From an uncultured Verrucomicrobiales bacterium (GTDB taxonomy: Bacteria > Verrucomicrobiota > Verrucomicrobiia > Verrucomicrobiales > DEV007), in NCBI GenBank assembly GCA_938091905.1, contig CALKOM010000113.1, positions 1-40,537 on the forward strand: a stretch of 40,537 nt of DNA, given 5' to 3'. A program made the position numbers and the translations under genes. Shown here one piece after another: positions 1-7,221 of the stretch (its first letter is position 1; each line of letters begins with the position of its first letter). Below the pieces are notes generated by a model. The model did not search any database. It saw only the letters and a list, made by a program, of their open reading frames with translations, and was not told the DNA's origin.

Positions 1-18
1 GATTGTCCAAGAAATCAG

Positions 19-819
19 TTAATCTTGAGATCCGAGGCTGAATCGACAGAGCCTTGCCCTGTGGGCTGAAATCAACTTCAGGGGACACCAAGCCTCCCGA
101 AGTCGGTTGAAACCATCCAGCAAACTTGACGGAGAGCCGAAAAACCCTTCGAAATCTTTCTCCATGGCGGCCATGGTTCTTTCTGCAACGATTCCGGTAA
201 CCGGAAGTGCGTGGGAGATCTGATAACTCTTCAACGCTTGGACCGTCGCGAGACCATTGCCTTGGATGGGACCATCAAAGGCACCAAGCGTGCGCAACGT
301 TTGTTGAATCAGCGAATTTGCCTCGCGCTTCACAGAACTGTCAGGACGATAAATAGGATTGATCGAGGCTCCAAAGGCAAGGTGAGCCTGACGTAGCTGT
401 TCAAAGACCATGAACCGATCAGACACCCCGTTTCGTTCACCAGAGGAAACAGGACCCACGCCAACCGGCGCATTCAGCCGAGAACTCGCCATTCCAAGAA
501 GACTAACGGTGGCTGACGTCGCCTGATGATGCGCCATCGTCAGGTCGAGTTCGACGTCTACATGTTTCGCAGCCAATTCAACACGAGCTTCTTCCGAAAC
601 CGAAGCCGCCAATTCAGCGTCGAGGCGCGCACTGTCAGCATTGGCTAGTTGCTGGTCTAGACCAGAGTATTTAAGCGTGATCTCCTCAGGCTGCTGCCGG
701 AGAAAAGCGACTTCGTCAGCGTAGACCTCCCTCTTGGCAGCAAATGTCCCCTGCCCAAAAGCAAACAAAGCGGCCGCGAGTACGCAGGCCATGCTGTGCC
801 AAGTCACCCGTCGCAACAC
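19..819 (-). CDS. Exported protein with a peptidoglycan-binding (PG_binding_1-like) domain; 3' end possibly frameshifted
   Basis: Signal-peptide-like N-terminus (MACVLAAALFAFGQGTFA); segment IQQTLRTLGAFDGPIQGNGLATVQALKSYQISHALPVTGIVAERTMAAM fits the PG-binding helical domain pattern. Confidence 0.6.
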   Translation of the reverse strand: MLRRVTWHSMACVLAAALFAFGQGTFAAKREVYADEVAFLRQQPEEITLKYSGLDQQLANADSARLDAELAASVSEEARVELAAKHVDVELDLTMAHHQATSATVSLLGMASSRLNAPVGVGPVSSGERNGVSDRFMVFEQLRQAHLAFGASINPIYRPDSSVKREANSLIQQTLRTLGAFDGPIQGNGLATVQALKSYQISHALPVTGIVAERTMAAMEKDFEGFFGSPSSLLDGFNRLREAWCPLKLISAHRARLCRFSLGSQD

Positions 820-1056
820 CTTCTTACCGGCAGCATACTAATGGATCTCAAGATAGATGAGTAGAAACCCTCCCACGGCCAAAAGGCAAAGTATCAGGGG
901 AAAGAAAAGAGAGAGAAACGGCGCAGGCATGATCTTTGGATACCCTTACTGTATAATTACCATAATCTCAAACTTAACCAGCTACCAGCCACACAGCTTC
1001 GTAAAGAAGGGTGGCATCCTCAATTGCGCACCGAAAGATTGAAGCAATGTATAAAT

Positions 1057-1575
1057 ATGGACGTGACAAGATTGTGCCTAATCGGTGTCGGATGCTTAGG
1101 GGATCTAACGTCCTGCGATAAAATACTGGATTACTCCGCAGATCCTCCCAAAACCGAATCTACGGACGACTACTACCCCGTGGATAGGTTAATCACCGAT
1201 AAGAAAGGGAGGAACATCGATGCGAAGATCACGGGCAAAGGCCCAGATTCGGTCTCGTTCTATCGTAAATCTGACGGCGAACGGTTTGAGTATTTGATTA
1301 GAGATCTATCCGTGAAGGACAAGGCATTCGTCGCGGGGCTCCCTCAAAACCGCAAACATAAGATGACTCGGCCAACGCCTCCCTACATCGCCAACCGAGA
1401 GAAAGAATTGAAACAATTACGTAGGGAGCTAGAACGGCTTGAGGACAAGGCGCGCAATTCAAATTCCGGAATCGAGAAGCGTACCATTCGAGGCGAAATA
1501 AACCGTGTCAGTCCTCAAGTTAACCAGCTTTGGGAGCAGATTGAAACCTACAAGCGCCAGAATCCTGACCTCTGA
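1057..1575 (+). CDS. Putative lipoprotein with an SHD1-like domain and C-terminal coiled coil
   Basis: ATG at 1057; lipobox-like LTSC; 'ITDKKGRNIDAKI...F.RKSDG..F...IRDLSVKDKAFV' resembles the SHD1-like domain common in PVC proteins; charged heptad C-terminus. Confidence 0.55.
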   Translation: MDVTRLCLIGVGCLGDLTSCDKILDYSADPPKTESTDDYYPVDRLITDKKGRNIDAKITGKGPDSVSFYRKSDGERFEYLIRDLSVKDKAFVAGLPQNRKHKMTRPTPPYIANREKELKQLRRELERLEDKARNSNSGIEKRTIRGEINRVSPQVNQLWEQIETYKRQNPDL

Positions 1576-1589
1576 GGGATTTTCCCCAC

Positions 1590-1617
1590 TTGCAAACCGC
1601 TAAACGGTGATTACTCT
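1590..1617 (+). promoter_or_regulatory. Candidate sigma70 promoter for small basic protein and pseudouridine synthase
   Basis: TTGCAA (1590-1595), 16-nt spacer, TACTCT (1612-1617), upstream of ATG 1644. Confidence 0.3.
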
Positions 1618-1643
1618 CCGCGCTCCAAACCCATTTCTTTCCT

Positions 1644-1799
1644 ATGTCTCAGCATCGTAGCCTTAAGTCCTCCTCCACCATTGGCGCCAAGCGTAGCGTC
1701 CTCAAACGCTTCGAGAGAATCGATCTTCTCAAAAAACGCGGCAAGTGGGACGAGAAGCAAAGCCCCATTGGCTTGCCGAAGACGGAGCCAGAGGCCTAG
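1644..1799 (+). CDS. PVC-superphylum small basic protein (TIGR04137 family), 51 aa
   Basis: Hand translation MSQHRSLKSSSTIGAKRSVLKRFERIDLLKKRGKWDEKQSPIGLPKTEPEA*, with the family's MS.H.SLK...RSVLKR.ERI..L...G.W.....GLPK pattern; below the ORF-track size cutoff. Confidence 0.9.
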   Translation: MSQHRSLKSSSTIGAKRSVLKRFERIDLLKKRGKWDEKQSPIGLPKTEPEA

Positions 1800-1836
1800 T
1801 CTCCTGTCCCGCTATCTCTAGGCTGCCATCCCCATC

Positions 1837-2532
1837 ATGAGGCTGAATCGCTACCTGGCGAGCTGTGGCCTGGGGTCGAGGCGTTCCTGCGAAACGCTGA
1901 TCCTTGAGGCCCGCGTGGCCATCAACGGAGAAATCTGTATGGACTTGTCTACCCGTGTGCAGGCAGGCGACGACGTAACCTGCGATGATCGCCGGGTGAC
2001 ACAGCGGGAGGTGCAGGTAGTCATCCTGCACAAACCGCTCGGATTTACGACGACTTCCAAAGACGAAGGAGGTCGCAAGACCGTCTACGATCTTCTTCCT
2101 CCAGAGTGGAGCCACCTGCGATACGCGGGCCGACTGGACAGGGAAAGTGAAGGCTTGCTATTCATGAGCAATGACGGGGATCTGATCAACCGAATCACTC
2201 ATCCGCGGCACGGAATGGAGAAAGAATACGATGTCTATCTTGAGAAGCCATTCCTTCGAGAGAAGAAAGCCGTTCTTCTGAACGGCATTCAGATACCTGA
2301 AGGTCACGCTAAAATGGAGTCAGTCGATTTCATCACGCGACGACATGCTCAAGTCATCCTGAAGCAAGGACTCAAGCGCCAGATTCGGCAGATGTTCGCA
2401 TCGATGGGTTGCCCCGTCCGCCGACTCATTCGGACGCGAATTGGGCACCTCACCTTGGATGACCTCGCACCTGGACGATGGCGAGCCTTGAGCGAGTCTC
2501 AAGTGGCGGGAATTCGCAAGAGGCTAAGTTAG
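1837..2532 (+). CDS. rluB: rRNA pseudouridine synthase, RsuA/RluB family
   Basis: S4 domain (MRLNRYLASCGLGSRR), HKPLG, catalytic GRLDRESEGL, EKEY, KRQIRQM, LIRTRIG; exact subfamily uncertain. Confidence 0.85.
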   Translation: MRLNRYLASCGLGSRRSCETLILEARVAINGEICMDLSTRVQAGDDVTCDDRRVTQREVQVVILHKPLGFTTTSKDEGGRKTVYDLLPPEWSHLRYAGRLDRESEGLLFMSNDGDLINRITHPRHGMEKEYDVYLEKPFLREKKAVLLNGIQIPEGHAKMESVDFITRRHAQVILKQGLKRQIRQMFASMGCPVRRLIRTRIGHLTLDDLAPGRWRALSESQVAGIRKRLS

Positions 2533-2929
2533 TACGAGGGTGTGGGAATCACCCTGACCCGGTAGTAGGGCCCGCCTCCGGATCGATACCCACTAGCTCT
2601 GACATCATCATTTCAGCAGTCTGTATCGCGACGGTGCCCCAGCTCGTTGACAGGTCATTATTTGCCTCGATTTGGTAGGTCACCCCTGGGGTGCTGGTCC
2701 ATTGCAACGTCAGCCCCGCGGCTTCGCGGACAACTTTAACAATCATCAACCGTGACTGGGAATTCTGAGGGTCTGTCAGGGCAACATACTCCTCAGCATT
2801 AGTGTAAGAGTCCTTGTCAGAGTAATCAAAAGCATCTGCCGGATCTCTGGAATCGAGCCCATTCGCCATCTCCCAGATATCTGGTAACCCATCACCATCC
2901 GAGTCCGCGTCGATCCTGGGTTCAGTTGC

Positions 2930-4200
2930 CATCACCATGAAGATGGCGGTAAGCTTCAGCGCCTCCGCGATGGTGACCTCAGTCTCCGCCATCCTTGGAT
3001 CAGTGATCGAGTCGCTGCCTTCCCAACGCACGAACTCGTGTCCCTCGTTGGCCAGCGCAGTGATCGATACCTCAGCGCCATCGTCAAACGTGCCTGCGCC
3101 CTGCACCATCCCGCCGTCACTCGCTGTTAGGTTCAAGCTCCACACTTGCACGAACGTCGCCATCGCTTGCGTATCTGAATTTACCGTGATCATGGATTCC
3201 GCGGCTGTCGCATCCGCGATACCGTCACCCAACCAACCACCGAACCGGAAGCCTTCGCTTGGACTAGCCATGATCGGCACGACCGCGCCGGCATCAACGA
3301 TTCCACCGCCTTGCGCTGTGCCTCCATCACCCCTGGTAATGTCCAACTTCCAAACCTTTACAAACCTTGCCGTCGCTGCGGTGTCGGCATTCACCGCAAT
3401 TGTCGTTTCCCGCATGTTGGAACCGGCAATATTGGGCCCAGTCCAGCCATCAAAGCGATAGCCTTCACTAACTATTGCCACAATCGGAGTGGAGATACCT
3501 GCATCAACTACACCTGAGCCTTCGACCGCACCTCCCTCATTACCACCGACTTCTAAATTCCACACTTTAACAAAGCTCGCTCTGACCGTGGACTCCTCTC
3601 CCATCATTACCGTTGTTTCTAAAGCACTGACATCCGCGATGCCCTCGCCACTCCAACCTCCAAAACGATAACCGTCACTCACAGTCGCACTAATAGGAGC
3701 CAACGCACCATGATCAAAGGTTCCACCACCGGATACGTTACCACCATCACCAGCCGCAACCTCCAGGCCCTACACTTTCACAAAGGTCACGGTCGCCATG
3801 TGACTCTCATTTAAAGTCACCGTAGTCTCAGTTCCCAATGCATCCTCGATCCCCGTGCCAGTCCATCCATCAAAGCGATACCCATCGTCAGGAGTGGCCG
3901 TGAACGGCACGATCGTGCCTTTATCATAGCCCCCTCCTCCGCTTGCCGAACCTCCTACCTGAGCATCGAGCACCAACTGCCACTGGCGTACAAACACGGC
4001 TTTCACCATCGCATCATCCGTGGCCGTAATCGTCGTTTCCGCCGAATTCGGATTGCTCACATTGCCTTGCCATTGAACAAATCGGTAGCCAGGATTTCCA
4101 GTCACTGACAACGTCACTTCTTCATCTGGACTATAGACACCACCTCCATTGATCGTTCCTGCACCTGGAGGCGAAATCTGGGTCGTAATGACAAACTCTG
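2930..4200 (-). repeat. Six ~68-70 aa tandem protein repeats (GG.V.GGG....A....GYRF.GW.G.......TT......A.FV.VW)
   Basis: Recurrent GYRFVQWQG, GYRFDGWTG, GYRFGGWSG, GYRFDGWTG, GFRFGGWLG, GHEFVRWEG; boundaries approximate. Confidence 0.75.
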
Positions 4201-4611
4201 TGGGCTCGCCAGCTATCGACAGCTCTACACTGTCGATGATAGAGCGAACAGCAGCAGCCTGACTAGCAGAGTAGTTTGCCGAAATGTAGAGAACTTCATA
4301 TTGCGAAACTCCAGGCTGGGTATTGAGAATCACAAAGCGACGCCGTTCGCCCGTAGGCACTCGTGACGGACGAGTCTCCGCAGGAAAGCCGGAATAGTAA
4401 GAGAACCCATTCCTTACAGAGACCTGCCCCCCTGTGTCGTCGACAAGGTCAAGAGCCGCATAGTCAACCCCAATCTGATCTCGAAAACTAATAACACTCT
4501 GGTCAAAGCCGACAGGTTCGATGCTCAACGCAGTGTGAAAATGGGCACGCCTTAATCATTCTTCCCCTGATTCTCGCCACGATCGGAGACCGCGTAATAA
4601 TCGGCAATGGT

Positions 4612-4628
4612 GTCGCCCAACTGGCGAC
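4612..4628 (-). other. Candidate bacterial SECIS hairpin 3' of the redoxin UGA codons
   Basis: Minus strand: TGA (4641-4639), 10 nt, then GTCGCC-AGTTG-GGCGAC (perfect 6-bp stem, G at loop position 2). Confidence 0.45.
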
Positions 4629-5537
4629 CGTCAATCCCTCAGAACGGTCACCACGGCGTGTAATAATAAAGCACAACAATACCTTCGCCTGCCTCCGACA
4701 ACTTCGAATTTGTCAACCCTCCATCAAGAAGAGCAAAGTCAACGGCGAGCTATAGCAATGTTATAAGAGAGGCTAAGGCGAGTAGCGATTTCATGGGGTT
4801 CTAGGGAAAGCATAGACAAGAGCGCTGAAGCACTATTTCTATTCCCAAGAAATCGTAAGATTCGAAACCTCGCTTGGACTTCTCCATTACAAGGTAGACC
4901 TTCGATTAAACAAAGTCTCGCAATCATCTTAATACCGAAGCTCTCGCTCGAAAGTCTCGCCCACGGGCAGGCCCCCACCAGCTCCGTGCCAGCCAAAGAG
5001 CGACATCTGGTCGTGACTATCGCTATCGCCTGGAAAAGCTCGCGCACTCAACTTCGCTGTTTCCACCGCCCATCTACCTGGGCGTCATGGTAGCCCGTCG
5101 GATTTGCCGAGCCAATTCCAACACTGCCAGGGAAGCACGGCCTCGGTCGGGGACGAGGTGTCGGGCCCAATCCACCGAGCAAGGCCCCGCAAAGCTTGAG
5201 GGTAATCGACGGGCACCTGCAGCCTGCTTTCAAACAGGCAAAGACGTGGGTTACCCGAACACATAACCAGCAGGCTCGAATCACCATTGCCATCAGATCA
5301 GAGAGCGGGATGCCTGGATCGCTAATCCCAAGAATCCGAGCTACAACCAACACTATGCTCTTCAGGCCCCTAGCAATCCCCCCGCAGTTCTAAAAGCAGC
5401 ATACGCGTCTAAGAGACGCCGCTCGAACCCAATCCAGGAGTAAAGCCATAGGTCATCATTTTGAAATTTCAGATTGGAGTCACCGCTGAAATCCTGGCTG
5501 TTACAGATCAACTGTATCATTAAATCTTTAAAATCAC

Positions 5538-5741
5538 ATGTCCGTAGCCAAAGTCACTGAAATCATCGCCTCCTCACCCAAGAGCTTCGACGACGCTGTC
5601 GATCAAGGCGTCGCTCGAGCTTGCAAGACACTCAAGGACGTCCGTTCTGCTTGGGTCCAAGATCAAACCGTCTCCGTCGAGGATGGCAAGATCACCGAAT
5701 ATCGAGTGACCTTGAAAGTCACTTTTGCGTTGAAGGACTAG
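5538..5741 (+). CDS. Dodecin family (flavin-binding) protein
   Basis: 67 aa: SVAKVTEIIASSPKSFDDAV..GV.RA.KTL......V......V.DGKITEYRV.LKVTF. Confidence 0.9.
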   Translation: MSVAKVTEIIASSPKSFDDAVDQGVARACKTLKDVRSAWVQDQTVSVEDGKITEYRVTLKVTFALKD

Positions 5742-5772
5742 CTCCAGTGTCTCGCACACAAGCATCCCTACG

Positions 5773-5800
5773 GAGGGGGCGGTAATGTCGGCCCCTTCTT
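5773..5800. terminator. Possible intrinsic terminator between convergent genes
   Basis: GAGGGGGC (5773-5780) pairs with GCCCCTTC (5791-5798); weak U-tract. Confidence 0.35.
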
Positions 5801-5816
5801 CGTCCCAGCCAATGGC

Positions 5817-6158
5817 CTACGCAAATGGCTTATAAATGCCTAGGTAGGCCGCGCCAACACCTAGCACAAGCGCCAGCGCCCAAACAGCGGCAATCGGAAG
5901 GACTTTCTTCTTTCCAAGAACAGGCAAAGCACCGAGAGCCAACCAAATTACCAGCTTTAGGATCACCCAAAGAGGAAAACCATACTTCAACTTGGCGATC
6001 AAACCAAAGCCCGCGACAAGGATGACGAGCAAACCAATCCCGTGAAACAGCCCCCCTTGCTTTCGAAAGGCCGTTTCTGGGAGCAAGCTGATTCCAAGGC
6101 CCATGAAGACCGCCATGACGCCAGCAAGATGCAACAGTTTGTAGACAAGAGGATCCAT
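5817..6158 (-). CDS. Small 4-TM membrane protein (SirB2-like)
   Basis: Four hydrophobic segments; YKLLHL, HGIGLL...GFGL, WVILKLVIWL. Confidence 0.7.
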   Translation of the reverse strand: MDPLVYKLLHLAGVMAVFMGLGISLLPETAFRKQGGLFHGIGLLVILVAGFGLIAKLKYGFPLWVILKLVIWLALGALPVLGKKKVLPIAAVWALALVLGVGAAYLGIYKPFA

Positions 6159-6212
6159 GTCCCAATCATGGAACTCTCACATCACTTGTAAAGTGAGAAG
6201 GTTACCCCAGGA

Positions 6213-7013
6213 TCACTTGAAGCCCTCACGAGCCCATAGCACCCCATAGGTGATCGCATTGCCAAAGCGTTCATGCACCTGCGTGGTGTTCGTCTTTACA
6301 CCATCCCCTTTCGCTACCTTCCCCATAAGCTCACCGGCTGTACGAAGTTGGAGCAGCGTACTATTCGGAAGTCCGCTCACCCCTTCACGCTTGTCGGCAA
6401 ACAGATTACGGGATTGGGTGATCAGCTTCTGAGCTTCGACAATCTTTGCTTTCATCTCATCATTTGGCGACGAGAGGCCACCAGCATCCATGGCATCTTC
6501 AACTTCCATGAAGAGCTTCCTCCCCTTCATCATGCTATCTGCCGCGTCTTTTAGCAGTGGCACAATCCCCTCTTCCTCCAAAAGCCATTCCAGATTCGGA
6601 GTTTTGATCACCTGACCAATCTTCAACTTAGCAGGATCACACTCGTTGTATAACTTCAAGACGCGCCAGTAGCCGGCGCGACCATATGCCTGAGCAGAGA
6701 CCTTTGTTAGACTATCTCCGCTACCAATCACATATTCAGAAACAGCTACCTTTCGACTTGTCGCTGAAATGGGGGCCGAGGATGTCGCAGTTACGACAGA
6801 AGCCTTCACCACCAGCTTCGCGTCGGGGTCAGCGATGGACGAAGGCGTAATCGTCACTTTAGAGGCATTGGGGTCATCTTTGCCTGTCAGATCAACCAAA
6901 GGCTTCACTGGCTTAACCGGCGCTTCACTAGGTTTCGTCGGAAAGGCACCTTGCCCAAGACCAATGTGTACGAGAGGAGTGGAGACAAGTAGAATTATGA
7001 TAGATACTTTCAT
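6213..7013 (-). CDS. Exported LysM-domain protein
   Basis: ATG 7013 with signal peptide, Pro/Ser-rich linker, LysM pattern YVIGSGDSLTKVS...YG....WRVL..YN...P.KLKIGQVIKTP. Confidence 0.8.
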   Translation of the reverse strand: MKVSIIILLVSTPLVHIGLGQGAFPTKPSEAPVKPVKPLVDLTGKDDPNASKVTITPSSIADPDAKLVVKASVVTATSSAPISATSRKVAVSEYVIGSGDSLTKVSAQAYGRAGYWRVLKLYNECDPAKLKIGQVIKTPNLEWLLEEEGIVPLLKDAADSMMKGRKLFMEVEDAMDAGGLSSPNDEMKAKIVEAQKLITQSRNLFADKREGVSGLPNSTLLQLRTAGELMGKVAKGDGVKTNTTQVHERFGNAITYGVLWAREGFK

Positions 7014-7048
7014 TGTCCAGATTGGCTTTTGTCCAGATTGGCTTTTGT
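7013..7048. repeat. 16-bp perfect tandem duplication (TTGTCCAGATTGGCTT x2)
   Basis: ttgtccagattggctt ttgtccagattggctt ttgt, read directly. Confidence 0.85.
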
Positions 7049-7221
7049 TCACTTTCCTTATCTGCAAGATAAGTGTGTTGACTCAACGGCCAGAAACCAA
7101 GGGATCTTTCAACGGAATTGGCGACATTGGCAAGCACCAGCTTTGGGGGAATGTCGCCTCCAGAATTCATCTGTTAATACCCCGACTTGCTCCAATCCGT
7201 TAGGCGTTCACCATATCCACG

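Larger units (their letters stand above)
2549..4794 (-). pseudogene. Disrupted surface protein of about 750 codons: signal peptide, TlpA/redoxin domain (TGA-x-x-TGA), six InlB-B/Flg_new-like repeats, DSDGDG Ca-binding motif and C-terminal domain
   Basis: From ATG 4794: MKSLLALASLITLL*LAVDFALLD...GIVVLYYYTPW*PF*GIDGRQ...GKND*GVPIFTL; a 1-nt frameshift near 4529 joins ORF 3770..4528; in-frame TAG at 3770-3772 joins ORF 2549..3703 in the same frame. Confidence 0.8.

Noticed and set aside
1729..2115. 128-aa minus-strand ORF and the many other short antisense or alternate-frame ORFs in the track
   Set aside because: They shadow well-supported genes and lack motifs.
3770..3772. In-frame TAG as pyrrolysine or amber recoding
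   Set aside because: It aligns to the repeat's Trp (single TGG>TAG change), the gene has other lesions, and TAG ends many normal genes here (dodecin, hisI, gatA, gatC).
4739..5393. ORFs 4739..5047, 5048..5353 and 5196..5393 as real genes
   Set aside because: Atypical Cys/Arg/Pro-rich composition, non-ATG starts and no motifs.
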